64,000 bases of DNA, taken from IMG/VR virus record IMGVR_UViG_3300020036_004254; one strand, 5' to 3'. The notes under the pieces are model-generated. The model saw only the letters and a list, made by a program, of their open reading frames with translations, was not told the DNA's origin and made no database searches. Made by a program: the position numbers and the translations under genes. The DNA is from a virus. Lineage: Duplodnaviria; Caudoviricetes. Below are positions 1 to 12,040 of this stretch, piece after piece; within the stretch, counting starts at the first letter, position 1, and each line of letters begins with the position of its first letter.

Positions 1-2
1 AA

Positions 3-401
3 GATTTTAAACATCTGGAAAACAACCCCAGCTATTCTTCACGACAGGCGCGTGAAGTGGCGATGAAAAACGTGGTGCGGACCAAGGTATATAAGCTTCA
101 TGACGATACCACCGACCCTTTGTACGAGAAATGGATGCTTCAGCGCAACTCGTTGTTGCTAGAAGCGACCAAGTTCCATTTGGAAATTGAAGTGCCGGGA
201 CGAACGGATATAGAAGTGGGAATGCTGATTAACTTTTTATATCCCAAAGCTATCGATAAAAACGATGTGCAGTCAAACAACGTTCTTGACCCATTCATTT
301 CTGGGTTGTACTTGATAACGGCTATTCGGCATTCATTTAAGTTAAACAAACACACGATGTATTTGGAAATCATGAAAGACTCCTTTAAGAATCCGGTATA
401 A
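3..401 (+). CDS. C-terminal part of a probable baseplate hub protein (gp27/late-control-D-like); 5' end outside window
   Basis: Frame is open from position 3. Motif 'EVPGRTDIEVG...ISGLYLITAIRH' is typical of contractile-tail hub C-termini, and the ORF sits directly upstream of gp5. Confidence 0.55.
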   Translation, partial: DFKHLENNPSYSSRQAREVAMKNVVRTKVYKLHDDTTDPLYEKWMLQRNSLLLEATKFHLEIEVPGRTDIEVGMLINFLYPKAIDKNDVQSNNVLDPFISGLYLITAIRHSFKLNKHTMYLEIMKDSFKNPV

Positions 402-403
402 CT

Positions 404-2347
404 ATGGCGAACTTTTTTGATAACGGTGGGTTTTTTTGGTGGACGGGTGTGGTAGAAGACCGCAACGACCCGTTGTTTTTGGGTCGTTGTAAAGTGCGTA
501 TTGTTGGATATCATTCTTCTGACACGACCGTGTTGCCGACTGAGGATTTGCCGTGGGCAACAGTGGTTCAGCCTATTACTTCTGCCGCCATGACCGGAAT
601 AGGTCAAACCCCGCTTGGGTTGGTAGAAGGAACGTGGGTGTTGGGATTTTTTGCAGACGGCAAAGATAATCAAGAACCCATGGTATTGGGTGCGTTGGGT
701 GGTATTCCCCAAAGTGCATATTACAATTCCGTTCCAAAAACACAAGGATTTCAAGACGCAACAAAAACCTATCCGGTCACCGAGTTGTTAGATGAACCAG
801 ATACCAATCGATTGGCCAGAGGAATTCGGACAACCTTCGTAGATGATAAGGATTCAAGACGTTCCAAAAATATTCCATTATCCCGGGATAACGGAACATG
901 GAACGAACCAAAAAGTCCCTTTGCCGCCAAGTACCCATTTAACCACGTTCGTGCAACCGAATCGGGGCACATTCAAGAATTTGATGATACCCCGGACGCC
1001 GAGCGTTTGCACACGTATCACAAGGCAGGAACATTTACAGAAGTAGACCGGAATGGTACACGTGCCACCCATATCATTGGAGACAACTACGAAGTCTTGG
1101 AACGAAATGGGTATTTGTACATCAAGGGAAAAATGAATGTGACCATAGACGGGTCGTCAAATGTCTATGTTAAAAACAATTGCAATCTTCAAGTCGATGG
1201 TTCGTTGTTAACCGACGTTCATGGGGATTATACATTGAACGTGGCAGGGGACATTAAAGTCTCTGGCGGAAAGACCTTTCAAATGAGAGCCAAGAAAGGC
1301 GTCAAACTTCGTGGTAAGGGGGTTGATATCAAATCCGACTCTTCTATCAATATGTTGGCAAAAACATCTATCGGTTTGAAAGCCGGGATGTCTATGTACT
1401 TGGAGGCGGCGTCAAAGTTTGCCATCAAAGCGGTAACAGCGGCAGTTGATGCGGTATTCCAACAGAAGAATATGACGGTTTCTACCCCCAGCGTCGAGGC
1501 AACAACCGCGTTGGCGTCAGCGGCAGTTGGTACGGCAGGTAACCCATCTGTTCCTGCGGCGGTAGAATCCAAGTCTCCAACAGAACCCACGTTCTCAAAC
1601 TTGGGATTTGTGTTATCCGAAGCACAGAAAAAATCATTTAAGATTGAGGCGTTTAAAGCTCAAGAGGCCGCAAAGGATACCAAAATGGTTCCAGCAGGTC
1701 GTCAGGTTGCTCAGGAATACGCCGATTTGAAGACGGAAGAGTTGTCCAGCAACGCTGTGGTGTCAGCCCCGGTTATTCCAGAAGACACCGCGACAGAAAC
1801 AACCCCGGTAGATTACACCTGTGAGGTGGGTATGCGGGTTGTAGAATTCGCCAAACAGGACATTGGGGTTTTGGAAACAAGTACACCACCCGGAAAAAAT
1901 TATGGTGGTAAGCGTGGCGGTGGTGCCTTGCCTGTAGGAGAGTTTGGTCGAATTGATGAAATGTTGGAAATTGCTGGACTGGATAACAAAGCGGAAGTTC
2001 GAAGAAAAGGCGAGGGCTTTTACTGGTGCGCGGCGGCGGTTACCGCATGGTGGAAAGCCGCAGGATTGCCAGTTCCGGTTGGCCCAGCCTCATGTCGAAA
2101 CTGGGAATCGTGGGGTCGAAAGAATGGATATTTTTCTAGCACCCCGAAAATTGGTGCGGCTGTTCTCTATGGACCATCCGGAGCGGCACACCACATTGGT
2201 ATCGTTTCGGCGGTGGATGCAGACGGCAACATCACCACCATTGAAGGAAATACTAGTGGCGGTGGATTTACTCGTAATGGTTGTGGCGTTTTCTACAAAA
2301 CCCCTCGGTCGTATATCGGGTTTATCATTCCACCCACTTGCTCATAA
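404..2347 (+). CDS. gp5: Baseplate central spike gp5 (OB-fold + beta-helix) with C-terminal CHAP peptidoglycan hydrolase domain
   Basis: N-terminal 'WWTGVVEDRNDPLFLGRCKVRI' OB-fold, 'YPFNHV..TESGHIQEFDDTP..ERL..YH..GTF' and beta-helix repeats. The C-terminus has the CHAP signature 'WCAAAV...HIGIV...TIEGN'. Confidence 0.9.
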   Translation: MANFFDNGGFFWWTGVVEDRNDPLFLGRCKVRIVGYHSSDTTVLPTEDLPWATVVQPITSAAMTGIGQTPLGLVEGTWVLGFFADGKDNQEPMVLGALGGIPQSAYYNSVPKTQGFQDATKTYPVTELLDEPDTNRLARGIRTTFVDDKDSRRSKNIPLSRDNGTWNEPKSPFAAKYPFNHVRATESGHIQEFDDTPDAERLHTYHKAGTFTEVDRNGTRATHIIGDNYEVLERNGYLYIKGKMNVTIDGSSNVYVKNNCNLQVDGSLLTDVHGDYTLNVAGDIKVSGGKTFQMRAKKGVKLRGKGVDIKSDSSINMLAKTSIGLKAGMSMYLEAASKFAIKAVTAAVDAVFQQKNMTVSTPSVEATTALASAAVGTAGNPSVPAAVESKSPTEPTFSNLGFVLSEAQKKSFKIEAFKAQEAAKDTKMVPAGRQVAQEYADLKTEELSSNAVVSAPVIPEDTATETTPVDYTCEVGMRVVEFAKQDIGVLETSTPPGKNYGGKRGGGALPVGEFGRIDEMLEIAGLDNKAEVRRKGEGFYWCAAAVTAWWKAAGLPVPVGPASCRNWESWGRKNGYFSSTPKIGAAVLYGPSGAAHHIGIVSAVDADGNITTIEGNTSGGGFTRNGCGVFYKTPRSYIGFIIPPTCS

Positions 2348-2349
2348 CG

Positions 2350-2357
2350 CATAAATA
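2350..2357 (+). promoter_or_regulatory. T4-type late promoter variant (CATAAATA)
   Basis: Intergenic, just upstream of gp25; 7/8 match to the gp55 consensus TATAAATA. Confidence 0.6.
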
Positions 2358-2362
2358 TCACT

Positions 2363-2761
2363 ATGACCTTTCTAAAACCCGTTCGTTTATACAAAGACCT
2401 AGACTTGAATTTCATCGCGCATCCTGATACGCACGATGTTACCAAAGTATTGGATGTCAACGCCGTTAAACAATCTTTAATGTTGTTGATTAACACCTAT
2501 TTTGGTGAGCGTCCGTTTCACCCGGAAATGGGGTCGGCGGTTTCTCGAATTCTGTTTGAACCGATTGACCCGATTATGACAGAGGTGTTGAGACGGTCTA
2601 TTGAACAGGTCATTCAAAATCATGAGCCGCGTGTAACTATTGAGTTGTTAGAGGTATCCCCGAGAGAAGATGATAATGCATACAACGTGTATTTACAGGT
2701 GAATATTATCGGAGTTCCCACACCCGTTACATTTTCCTTTACTTTGCAGAGACTACGATAA
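2363..2761 (+). CDS. gp25: Baseplate wedge subunit gp25
   Basis: 'YKDLDLNF..HP...DV...AVKQS...GERPFHPEMGS...HEPRV' motifs; position between gp5 and gp6. Confidence 0.93.
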   Translation: MTFLKPVRLYKDLDLNFIAHPDTHDVTKVLDVNAVKQSLMLLINTYFGERPFHPEMGSAVSRILFEPIDPIMTEVLRRSIEQVIQNHEPRVTIELLEVSPREDDNAYNVYLQVNIIGVPTPVTFSFTLQRLR

Positions 2762-4656
2762 TGACTGACTTGCGCGTAACCGAACTAGATTTCGAGGCGA
2801 TTAAAACCAATCTTAAGAATTTCATGAGGGCACAGTCTGAGTTTTCAGACTATGATTTTGACGGGTCGGCGTTGAATGCGTTGTTAGATGTGTTGGCGTA
2901 CAACACCCACTATAACGCGATGTTGGCGCATTTGATGTCAAATGAAATGTTTATTGACACCGCTATCAAACGGTCGTCTGTCGTGTCTATCGCTAAAACA
3001 ATGGGGTACATCCCGCGTTCGTATTCGGCGGCAAGAGCTACAATCTCGTTAACCGTTCCTACAGACAGTCCACTTCCGATGACCGTGGACACCTCAACCA
3101 AATTCACCACCACCAAAAACGGAACTCCTTATACATTCAATGTTGAGGAATCGGTCACCGTCACCCCGGAAGCGATTAGCGGGGGATATCAGGCGGTGTT
3201 TCCAGAGGTGTTGTTGGTTGAAGGTACTCGTCTCCAAAATGCATTCACCGTGACGGCAGATAACCGACAGGGACCGTTTGTCATCCCCGTTGAAAATATT
3301 GATTTGTCAACCATCCGGGTTGTGGTGAAAACCTCTGCAAACGTGGAAGAATACACCGTGTTTACACGGTCGTTGACGGTTGTAGACGTTTCAGACACCA
3401 GTACCGTGTTTTGGGTAGAAGAGAATGCAGACGGGAAGTTTCAATTGATTTTTGGTGACGATGTCATTGGTGCCACGCTGGATGTGGGTAATATTGTCAC
3501 CGTGTACTATGTGGCGTGTAACGGGAGTACACCAAACGGGGTTCGCACGTTTACTCTTTCTGGTACAGTTGGCGGAACCTCTAATGTCACGATTACCACG
3601 GTTGATGTGGCTGGGGCTGGTGCGGAAAAAGAAACCATCGATAGCATTCGGTTTAATGCACCCAAGTTCAACAACACCAGAAATCGTGCGGTGACTGCTC
3701 AAGATTACAAGTCGTTGATTCTTGCAGATTCGAATATCAACTTCAAGGCCAATTCTATTTCCGTGTGGGGTGGAGAAGAAAACATCCCCCCGGTGTACGG
3801 AAAGGTCTTTATCACTATCGACCCAACAGATTCGTATCTTATCACGGATTCTGACAAAAAGTATATCATTGACCGAATTTTGCGTCCTCGAAGTGTCATG
3901 TCTATCCAACATGAGTTTGTAGACCCTGAGTTTATCTATTTGGGGTTTGATGTGGTCATTTCCTACAATGAAAACATCACCAACTTGTCTTCGACTGAGT
4001 TGACCGCGTTGGCACACGACCGTATCACAGAGTTCTTTTCTGAGAATCTCTCTACACTAGACCGAACCTTTTTCTTCTCACAGCTTGTTGATGCTATCAC
4101 CACCATCAACCCTGCCATTTTGGGTGTGTTGGTGAATATGCGTATTCAGAATCGTATTACAAAGCTGGCATCGTTTAACACAACCAAGAACCTTCGCTTT
4201 TTGGCTTCGTTAGAACCCGATAGCATTTCTAGTACAGTGTTTGTTTCTTTGGTAAACGGAATTTCGTACAACGCCTATATTAAAGATTTTCACGATGGCG
4301 TTATCAAAGACCCCACTGGGACTGGAACATTGAAGTTGTTGGAGGCGGACACCAACACCGTATTGGTGTCTGCATTGGGCACCGTTGACTACAAAACAGG
4401 CATTCTGTCCTTCTCAGATTTGAACATTTCTTCCTATCTGGGGAACATCACGGATGTTCGAATCAACGCCGTCCCACAGAGCCTTTCCAAGAACATTTCC
4501 CCCAGTGTGATTTCTGCAACCGAACAATCCACTAGCGCGGTGTTTCCGGCACCAGCAAAAAACATCATCATTGAGCTAGATGACAGCGAAATCAATACTG
4601 CTATCAAGCTAAACCCCGGGTTGAACATTACCACCATTCCGTTTAGCGAACTCTAA
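2761..4656 (+). CDS. gp6: Baseplate wedge subunit gp6
   Basis: '[12 protein letters not shown]...F.DYDF.GS.L..LLD.LAYNTHY' and 'RAVTAQDY...WGGEEN.PP.YGKVFI'. Confidence 0.95.
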   Translation: MTDLRVTELDFEAIKTNLKNFMRAQSEFSDYDFDGSALNALLDVLAYNTHYNAMLAHLMSNEMFIDTAIKRSSVVSIAKTMGYIPRSYSAARATISLTVPTDSPLPMTVDTSTKFTTTKNGTPYTFNVEESVTVTPEAISGGYQAVFPEVLLVEGTRLQNAFTVTADNRQGPFVIPVENIDLSTIRVVVKTSANVEEYTVFTRSLTVVDVSDTSTVFWVEENADGKFQLIFGDDVIGATLDVGNIVTVYYVACNGSTPNGVRTFTLSGTVGGTSNVTITTVDVAGAGAEKETIDSIRFNAPKFNNTRNRAVTAQDYKSLILADSNINFKANSISVWGGEENIPPVYGKVFITIDPTDSYLITDSDKKYIIDRILRPRSVMSIQHEFVDPEFIYLGFDVVISYNENITNLSSTELTALAHDRITEFFSENLSTLDRTFFFSQLVDAITTINPAILGVLVNMRIQNRITKLASFNTTKNLRFLASLEPDSISSTVFVSLVNGISYNAYIKDFHDGVIKDPTGTGTLKLLEADTNTVLVSALGTVDYKTGILSFSDLNISSYLGNITDVRINAVPQSLSKNISPSVISATEQSTSAVFPAPAKNIIIELDDSEINTAIKLNPGLNITTIPFSEL

Positions 4657-7223
4657 TGTCTTCTTTCCGTCATAAGCTTCATCATTTTATTTCAGGACAA
4701 ATCCCGGATTACATCCGGGAGAACTATCCTATATTCGTATCTTTCGTTCAAGCCTACTACCTATTTCTTGAAGAAACGGGTGAGGCGAATGATGTGTTGC
4801 TGAACACGGATACGTGGATGGATATTGACCAAACGCTTGATGACTTCATTCCGCTGTTCCAAAAGCAGTACATGGGAAACATTCCCCAGAGTGCCATTGT
4901 TGACATCAAACGTCTTATTAAGTTTGTCAACGAATTTTACGAGGCCAAGGGGTCGGAAAACGGAACCGAATTGTTCTTCCGATTTATGTTTAATGATACC
5001 GCCAGTGTCAAATATCCGGGAGATAACCGTTTGGTGGCATCTGGTGGAAACTGGAAGCAACGAAAAAGCATCAAACTAGATACCGGAACGATTTCCACTG
5101 ACAACAACCCCTTCTTGATGAAGGGGCGAAAGATTTTTGTTGAGTATACCCTGTACGAAAATGGGGTGGGAAATGTTGTGTATCGGGTTCCCGTATCATG
5201 CCTTGATGTGGTTAAACTATCAGCACCAAACATTTATCGGTTGGATGTAGAACTATCAGATTCGGTCGTCTTCCCAGACACCGCGATTAGCACACACCCC
5301 TCCAACGAAGCGGAGACGGTGTACGACAGTCATTTGTATGTTTTGATGAATTTGACTTCTGACGAGGACATGCAGTTGGGTGTTGCCCCATCATGGAGTG
5401 CCTGTGGCACGTTGTCCAAGCAATTGGTAAGCATTAAGCGCATTGTAACTGGCGGAACAAACTTTCGTGTCGGTGAATCGTTTTATGTAAATGAAGGTGG
5501 AACCTCTGGTGAATATTTCGAGTTTGATGTGGATGTCCCGAGTGAATGGTATACATTAAACATTAGTGGAACCGACGCATATGTGTCTCCGTCACTCATG
5601 TTAAACAACGCCATCGTTCGTGTTCGGAATATTATTTCTGAGAATCTGGGTCCGTATTTTGCCCAGAACTACACGGTGGATTTGTTTGAAACATATACCA
5701 CCGAATCCAGAGATAGGCAAATTCGCCATCTTCAAATTGTTACTACAGGTCAGCGTTTTTCGGTTCGAGAATATTTCAACCCGAGATACTTCATTTCGTA
5801 TAGCGACCCGCTTGATGATTATTTGGCGGAATCAACCCCATCGTACAACTCGTATACATTTCCGATTGAGCTATTGGAAGATTCTGTTCCGGTCAGCGAA
5901 GTGAGTTTTGATTTTTACGCAAAAGATGCGGGTGAAATGGCCACGGTCATTTTTAACACGGGTTATGTGTATGTCGAACCCGGGCGTTATGTAGATAGCG
6001 TCAGTTTGTTGTCAGAAATGAATAAGTTGCAAGACAATTTCTTGTTTCAACCATATTCCTACACTGTCAAAACCCATCAGGGGTTTGATACGTGGAAAGA
6101 CGCATATACCAAATCAAATCACCCTGCTGGATTTATTCTTTTTGCCAACTTGAACATTGATGAGTTGACACCATTAGATGTTACGGTCGAATCGGTAGAT
6201 GTGGATGAAACGTTTGTTATTGTTAGCGCAACCCCATCTGTCACACCAACCCCGTCCATAACGTTAACACCGTCAGTTACCCCTTCGGTGACGCCGTCGA
6301 TTACACGAACCCCGTCGGTGACAGCTTCAGTTACCCCCACACCAACCCGCACTCCATCGATTACTGTCACCCCTTCGATAACACCAACTGTAACGGTAAC
6401 ACCGACCAGAAACGCTTCATCATCTGTGACGCCGACAGTCACCCCGTCGATTACCCGTACACCTTCGGTCACCCCGTCAATTACCCCATCGATTACCCGT
6501 ACACCTTCGGTCACCCCATCGATTACCGCTTCTACGACCCCAACGGTAACCCCGACGGCGACACGGGCCGCAACAGCTACTCCGTCTGTTACCCCATCGA
6601 TTACCCCAACGGTAACACGTTCGGTGTCGGTCACACCAAGTATTACCCCGTCAATAACCCCATCAGTTACCAGAACACCCTCGGTGACGCCGTCGATTAC
6701 ACGAACCCCGTCGGTGACACCGTCGATTACCCCGACTGTTACACCAACTCGTACTACATCAGCAACCCCTACCCCAACCCCTACCCCAACTGTTACCCCA
6801 ACTCCCACAATCACCACCATCTGTTATGTCACAGGGGATTTACTAACAGGCCCGGGTCAGGCATCATCAATTTTGGCGTGTGCATTGGGTGATACACTTG
6901 ATATTACAGTGTACACCGATGGTGCTTTGTTCTACAGTGATTTCCCGTGTAGTGGTGGGTTGGTCCTTGATGGGTATTACAAGACCGCTTCAAACGGTTG
7001 GATTCAGTACAGCGGTGGCTCTGTTATAAATAGTGGAAGTTGTGCTATCCCGCCAAGCCCATCAGTTACACCGACCCCGACCCCAACCCCTTCAGCGGGT
7101 TGCCCAGAGGTTGGAACTAATATTTGTCAGGGTATTGACTTGTACATTGCCGACGGTGCCTGTGGTTGGTCACAGATTTGCCCAGATAACATCGCTTGCG
7201 GTGGTACACAAAGTTGTTCATAA
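4656..7223 (+). CDS. gp7: Baseplate wedge initiator gp7-like, extended by a TPSV mucin-like stalk and a Cys-rich C-terminal module
   Basis: '[17 protein letters not shown]', 'FYEAKGSE....FFRF.F' and 'LQDN..FQ.YSY...HPAG' gp7 motifs; follows gp6; ~190 aa S/T/P repeat followed by a Cys-rich tail. Confidence 0.8.
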   Translation: MSSFRHKLHHFISGQIPDYIRENYPIFVSFVQAYYLFLEETGEANDVLLNTDTWMDIDQTLDDFIPLFQKQYMGNIPQSAIVDIKRLIKFVNEFYEAKGSENGTELFFRFMFNDTASVKYPGDNRLVASGGNWKQRKSIKLDTGTISTDNNPFLMKGRKIFVEYTLYENGVGNVVYRVPVSCLDVVKLSAPNIYRLDVELSDSVVFPDTAISTHPSNEAETVYDSHLYVLMNLTSDEDMQLGVAPSWSACGTLSKQLVSIKRIVTGGTNFRVGESFYVNEGGTSGEYFEFDVDVPSEWYTLNISGTDAYVSPSLMLNNAIVRVRNIISENLGPYFAQNYTVDLFETYTTESRDRQIRHLQIVTTGQRFSVREYFNPRYFISYSDPLDDYLAESTPSYNSYTFPIELLEDSVPVSEVSFDFYAKDAGEMATVIFNTGYVYVEPGRYVDSVSLLSEMNKLQDNFLFQPYSYTVKTHQGFDTWKDAYTKSNHPAGFILFANLNIDELTPLDVTVESVDVDETFVIVSATPSVTPTPSITLTPSVTPSVTPSITRTPSVTASVTPTPTRTPSITVTPSITPTVTVTPTRNASSSVTPTVTPSITRTPSVTPSITPSITRTPSVTPSITASTTPTVTPTATRAATATPSVTPSITPTVTRSVSVTPSITPSITPSVTRTPSVTPSITRTPSVTPSITPTVTPTRTTSATPTPTPTPTVTPTPTITTICYVTGDLLTGPGQASSILACALGDTLDITVYTDGALFYSDFPCSGGLVLDGYYKTASNGWIQYSGGSVINSGSCAIPPSPSVTPTPTPTPSAGCPEVGTNICQGIDLYIADGACGWSQICPDNIACGGTQSCS
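6228..6810 (+). repeat. Coding (TPSV/TPSI)n repeat in gp7
   Basis: Visible in the translation; degenerate 12-nt period in the DNA. Confidence 0.95.
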
Positions 7224-7225
7224 CG

Positions 7226-7233
7226 TATAAATA
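7226..7233 (+). promoter_or_regulatory. T4-type late promoter TATAAATA
   Basis: Perfect consensus in the intergenic gap upstream of ORF 7258. Confidence 0.8.
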
Positions 7234-7257
7234 TCCCTATATCAACCACAGGCCACA

Positions 7258-9210
7258 ATGAAAAAACGTCCAAGTAGAGCAAGATTGGCAAGAATCGTTC
7301 CGGGTCCACCAGCCCCGGAACGGGTTACCAATGATGTGTTGATTGACGGGGTATGGTATCTGAACCAACCCCTTGCCCCGTCTCATACCCCATCAGTTAC
7401 CCCAACGCCTTCTATATTGATTTCGGTTTCTGTGACCCCGACGGTAACCCCGACGGTATCTGTGACTCCGTCCATCACCCCGTCGATTTCAATTTCTTCG
7501 ACACCATCGGTTACCCCGTCGGTAACTGCATCAGTCACCCCATCTATAACACCTTCTTCGTCGGCCAATGCCACCCCATCGGTGACCCCATCGGTAACAC
7601 CGTCGGTAACTGCGTCTGTGACGCCAAGCGTCACTCCATCTATTACTCGCACGGCCTCCGTGACACCATCGGTAACCCCATCGGTGACTCGTACCGCGTC
7701 GGTGACGCCAAGTGTTACCCCAAGTATCACTCCAAGTATCACTCCAACAATCACACCAAATGCGTCTACTTCTGTAACTCCAACAGTTACACGCACGGCT
7801 TCTGTGACTCCGTCTGTCACACCAACGAGAGACGCTTCGCCATCAGTGACACCAACGGTTACTCCGTCAATCACCTTGACACCGTCGGCTTCTCCTGATT
7901 TGGGCGCACCAGCGTTTAATGAAAGTTTCTTGGTTGCATCAGACACCAATGGGTCACCAGACGGAACAACCGCAAATCCGTTGACTATTACGGTGAAAGA
8001 CCTTCTTGGAAACTTGTTGTCCGGTGAAAGTGTATCCTACGACATTGAAAGAACGTTTGTGGATGCAGACCAAACCACTCTTACTGGCGATTTGCTCGAA
8101 ATTGAAACCACAACAGGTGTGTTGACACTAACGTTGCATATCAAGAACAGCGCGGGCGTCCCGCTCCCGGGTTGGGCAACCAAGGATATCATTTTCTCTG
8201 CAACGGGAACAGGAAATACCTTTACCCCAATCGACAGTATTTCTGACCGCAATGGTGATTATCGTGTTTCGTTCTCATCAACAGAAAATGAAGTGAAGAT
8301 TATCACTGTTTCTGTTAAGAATATTGCTATTACACAGAACTATTCCGTTGTAGTAACCACCCCGGGTGTTGTCACGCCACTCTTTTTCTCGGACTTCTCT
8401 ACAGCAACCGGAACTTCTTCTCTGGCACGTTCGGATAACAGTAAGTGGAACATTGTTGGTGATTTGACTATTATTGCAAACCCCGGAAACATCGGAATGC
8501 CGTCGAACATGGTCAACGTGGCACAAGTTCCGTGGTATCCTGTAGCGGGTGGTGGAGCAACAAACAGAAAGGGTGGTTTGACCGCCCCGTCTCCTGAAGG
8601 ATTGTCGTTGCCAAACCCGGGTGATTTACAATACTATAGATGGTACTATGAAAACGAACAACCCAATGGTACTGTTGACGAACAAACACACCCTGTACAA
8701 GACGGTGCCGCCGCTGGAACCCTGAACTGGGAACTTGCCGTGCGTAACGATGTGGACGGTGGATACTACGGAAACCAAATTCTTTTGAACTCTGCTGTAC
8801 TTGGGAATGTAAGAATCTTTCAATCGCCAAGATTAGATAAATTCAAAACATATCGGTATGAAGTTAAATTGACCGTGATTTCAACAACCGAATTTAAACT
8901 ATCTGTCAGAGTATATGATGAGGCAATAAGCACCATTGTTCCAATTTTGACGGATGCTGATTATGTCCAAACATCGCCGCTTGTTGGTTCACCACCGACT
9001 ATGGAAGAATATTTCGTTTCTCAAAATCATGTATTCTTGAATTTCGATTACGTTGAGGGATTGAACATTGGTGTAAACGATGGTGGTCAGGCTGGTGAAG
9101 AAGGTATTTACGGTCACCAAGGTGGTGTGGCCATTACAAGAAATACCGTATTGAATGAAACAGTTTGGGTGGGTCCATATGGAACAGTAAAGGGGGAAAA
9201 CAATGGCTAG
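7258..9210 (+). CDS. Putative virion adhesin/decoration protein A: conserved N-terminal motif, TPSV stalk, Big-1 (invasin-like Ig) domain, C-terminal beta-rich head
   Basis: N-terminus 'MKKR.SR...[18 protein letters not shown]', ~170 aa TPSV and an invasin-type Ig segment '[10 protein letters not shown]...D.NG...FSST..EVKIITV'. The head is paralogous to those of ORFs 10607 and 12041. Confidence 0.6.
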   Translation: MKKRPSRARLARIVPGPPAPERVTNDVLIDGVWYLNQPLAPSHTPSVTPTPSILISVSVTPTVTPTVSVTPSITPSISISSTPSVTPSVTASVTPSITPSSSANATPSVTPSVTPSVTASVTPSVTPSITRTASVTPSVTPSVTRTASVTPSVTPSITPSITPTITPNASTSVTPTVTRTASVTPSVTPTRDASPSVTPTVTPSITLTPSASPDLGAPAFNESFLVASDTNGSPDGTTANPLTITVKDLLGNLLSGESVSYDIERTFVDADQTTLTGDLLEIETTTGVLTLTLHIKNSAGVPLPGWATKDIIFSATGTGNTFTPIDSISDRNGDYRVSFSSTENEVKIITVSVKNIAITQNYSVVVTTPGVVTPLFFSDFSTATGTSSLARSDNSKWNIVGDLTIIANPGNIGMPSNMVNVAQVPWYPVAGGGATNRKGGLTAPSPEGLSLPNPGDLQYYRWYYENEQPNGTVDEQTHPVQDGAAAGTLNWELAVRNDVDGGYYGNQILLNSAVLGNVRIFQSPRLDKFKTYRYEVKLTVISTTEFKLSVRVYDEAISTIVPILTDADYVQTSPLVGSPPTMEEYFVSQNHVFLNFDYVEGLNIGVNDGGQAGEEGIYGHQGGVAITRNTVLNETVWVGPYGTVKGENNG

Positions 9211-10606
9211 TCCAGTCCGGTCTACAACAGGTGATGTTGAACTCACATTTGATGCAACATTAGATGCGAGTGGAACAATTGTAACACAAGCATTTGACGC
9301 TGGGTCTGATGCGAATAGACATTTGTTGGCCATTATCACTTATGATGGTGCATCGTCGCATACATTAGGAGACACTTCTTGCGCGTATAACGGTGTTACT
9401 ATGTCCCCGTTAGGAGCATCTTTTGGTTCTGGTCAGTCCAGAACTCGTGTTTTTCAACTTATAAACCCAACCTCTGGCTCAAACGACTTCACTCTAGACC
9501 CAAGCGCGGGTGTTGGGTCAGAAGATGTTGTGATAACTCTTATGTGCAAATCAAATGTTGACCAAACAACTGCATATGAGAACTATGTTACCGCAACAGG
9601 AACAGATTCGTCAAACCCATATACATCAGCAGTGACCATTACATCTAGTGCGACTGATAGATTGGTGGTAACTGGTCATGCGGTACGTGCATCTTCTGTT
9701 ACAGGAGGAACAGCGACAAACTTCACAGAAAGAACAGATAACGTTAACGCCAACATAGGGTTGGTGACAGGCGAAGCGGCTGGCGCATCAAGCGTGGCAA
9801 CCAGTGTGGCGTGGGCAGGTGTTTTCGCAATTGATTATGGGGCATTTGGTATCAGTCTCGTTGGTATTAGCCCCGGGCCAACCATTACTTCAGAACCATC
9901 AAGTGCCGCCGTGGTGTTAAACAATGATACAAGAACCAGCGCAACATTTGTTGCAACGGCGGTTGGTACTGGTGATATCATTGGTCAGTGGCAAAAGGAA
10001 GGGGTAAACATTTCAAACGGCGGAATCTATTCTATCACAGAATCCCCCGCTGGTACGTTTACTTGTATTGTCACCCCAACCGACGCAACATTTGACGGTC
10101 AAACAATTACTTGTGAGTTAACTGACGATACCGGAACTAGAGAAACTGTTGGAGCGATACTCACCATTCTTAACGGACCAGAAGTAAATCCAACGTCGGG
10201 TTCTACTACTGCTGGTGTACACTCTACCGATTTGACGAGTGACGATGAATTGTTAGACGCAGGGGAGTGTTTGTTGATTAGCGGCAGAATTGCGGCAAGT
10301 GTGGTGGCGCGAACCATCACAAACCCCATGTATCCGTCTGTCACGCCTTCGTTGACCGCAACCCCATCGGTAACACCAAGTATTACCCCATCCGTGACGA
10401 GAACACCGTCGATTACCCCATCACTGACAGCAACACCAACTGTAACACCAACCCGTGATGCATCCCCAACACAGACGCCATCGGTGACACCAAGTATTAC
10501 GCCTACCATCACCAGAACACCATCGTTGACACCGAGTATTACCCCGTCAAGAAGCCCGTCAAGAACACCGACACCAACACCAACTCCGTCAACCAGCCGC
10601 CCCTAA
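9203..10606 (+). CDS. Putative virion protein with beta-sandwich domain, I-set Ig-like domain and C-terminal TPSV tail
   Basis: 'PTITSEP....ATF...A.GTG....QWQKEGVNI...ITCELTD' resembles an Ig I-set domain; the last ~90 aa are S/T/P repeats. Confidence 0.55.
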   Translation: MASPVRSTTGDVELTFDATLDASGTIVTQAFDAGSDANRHLLAIITYDGASSHTLGDTSCAYNGVTMSPLGASFGSGQSRTRVFQLINPTSGSNDFTLDPSAGVGSEDVVITLMCKSNVDQTTAYENYVTATGTDSSNPYTSAVTITSSATDRLVVTGHAVRASSVTGGTATNFTERTDNVNANIGLVTGEAAGASSVATSVAWAGVFAIDYGAFGISLVGISPGPTITSEPSSAAVVLNNDTRTSATFVATAVGTGDIIGQWQKEGVNISNGGIYSITESPAGTFTCIVTPTDATFDGQTITCELTDDTGTRETVGAILTILNGPEVNPTSGSTTAGVHSTDLTSDDELLDAGECLLISGRIAASVVARTITNPMYPSVTPSLTATPSVTPSITPSVTRTPSITPSLTATPTVTPTRDASPTQTPSVTPSITPTITRTPSLTPSITPSRSPSRTPTPTPTPSTSRP

Positions 10607-12040
10607 ATGAAAAAGAGACAATCTAGAGGTTCTATAGGGGGAGGGCGGGGTGGAAATGGTGGAAAACCCATTCTCAACCGTAGCGGAAATGATGTGTTGA
10701 TAGATGGGGTGTGGTATATCAACCAACCACTTGCTCCGTCTCGCACACCGAGCATAACCCCTACGGTCAGCACATCAGTTTCGGCCACCCCATCAGTCAC
10801 CCCATCTGTAACAAGAACTCCTTCTATTACCCCATCTATTTCTCTTAGTGTTACCCCAACGGCAACGCCGTCTGTAACACCAAGCATTACCCCGTCGGCA
10901 ACCCAAACACCCTCGGTGACGCCAAGTGTTACCCCAAGTGTTACCCCAAGTTCATCACAATTTGTCAGTCAGAGTGTGACCCCGAGTGTCACACCCTCCG
11001 TGACACCCAGCGTAACCGCTTCAGTAACACCATCGGTAACACGAACACCGTCTGTTACACCGAGTATTACTCCATCTATCACTAGAAGTGTTTCACCAAC
11101 AACAACGCCTTCTGTAACACCGACAATCACTCCTACCCCAACGAGGAACGCAAGTGTAACCCCAACTCCATCTATTACCCCAACTGTGGGCAGTGGACTT
11201 TGGACACCTGTATTCTTAGCGGATTGGGGAACTAGTACGGGAACTGGGACAACTGCGTTACGAGACGGTACAACATTCGATGCTCTTTCCCCGGCTTCTG
11301 CTGATAACGGTGAAGTCATAGCCGCTCCGGGTGGTTACGGGTGGAACACCGTTAACATTCTTCATCATTATTCAATCAATGATGCCAGAGCCGGATGGTT
11401 GGAGATTCAGAAAAATACATTGGGGGTACAAGCCGAAGGAGAAGTTCGCAACTTCCGATGGGCGCATGTAAACATTCACCCAACCGCCGCAGAAGGGGCA
11501 ACAGATAACTCGCATCATTGTATACAGGACGGATATCCGTCGGGTGCAGGTTCGTTTCAAAATTGGAACATCACAGACGGAACAAACTTTGTTGGAGAAT
11601 GGGAACCGAACTTTCTAATCTCTAACGGGGGTGGTGGACGGTACTATCTAAACTCTGCCGTGACGCCAACCCGTCTTAACAAAGACACGCGGTACACCTT
11701 TGAAGTACAAATTGTTAGAGGTACGACGGGGGCTGGTACGTCCAACGCATTCCGTTTCCGTGCGTGGATTTATGATGAAAATGGGGTGGAAATCTACGGA
11801 CCATCAGACTTTGTGTCCAATTTGTATTCAGGTGAGACTTTGGCCAATGACCGTTGGCACACGTACAACAATCTCAATGGAACTCAACAGTTTAACATTG
11901 GGTGTAACGGTGCGACTGCCACAAGCTATCCTCTCTCGGTTGGGTATTTTGGAGAAGTAGCAATGGTATCCAGTATCTCTGATGGGGATTTGACAGCGGG
12001 TACAGCTATTGGTGTATATGGAACATGTTCCGGAGAATAA
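10607..12040 (+). CDS. Putative virion adhesin/decoration protein B (same N-motif, TPSV stalk, variable head)
   Basis: 'MKKRQSRGS...[18 protein letters not shown]', then TPSV, then a head starting 'FLADWGTSTGTG..A..D'. Confidence 0.6.
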   Translation: MKKRQSRGSIGGGRGGNGGKPILNRSGNDVLIDGVWYINQPLAPSRTPSITPTVSTSVSATPSVTPSVTRTPSITPSISLSVTPTATPSVTPSITPSATQTPSVTPSVTPSVTPSSSQFVSQSVTPSVTPSVTPSVTASVTPSVTRTPSVTPSITPSITRSVSPTTTPSVTPTITPTPTRNASVTPTPSITPTVGSGLWTPVFLADWGTSTGTGTTALRDGTTFDALSPASADNGEVIAAPGGYGWNTVNILHHYSINDARAGWLEIQKNTLGVQAEGEVRNFRWAHVNIHPTAAEGATDNSHHCIQDGYPSGAGSFQNWNITDGTNFVGEWEPNFLISNGGGGRYYLNSAVTPTRLNKDTRYTFEVQIVRGTTGAGTSNAFRFRAWIYDENGVEIYGPSDFVSNLYSGETLANDRWHTYNNLNGTQQFNIGCNGATATSYPLSVGYFGEVAMVSSISDGDLTAGTAIGVYGTCSGE

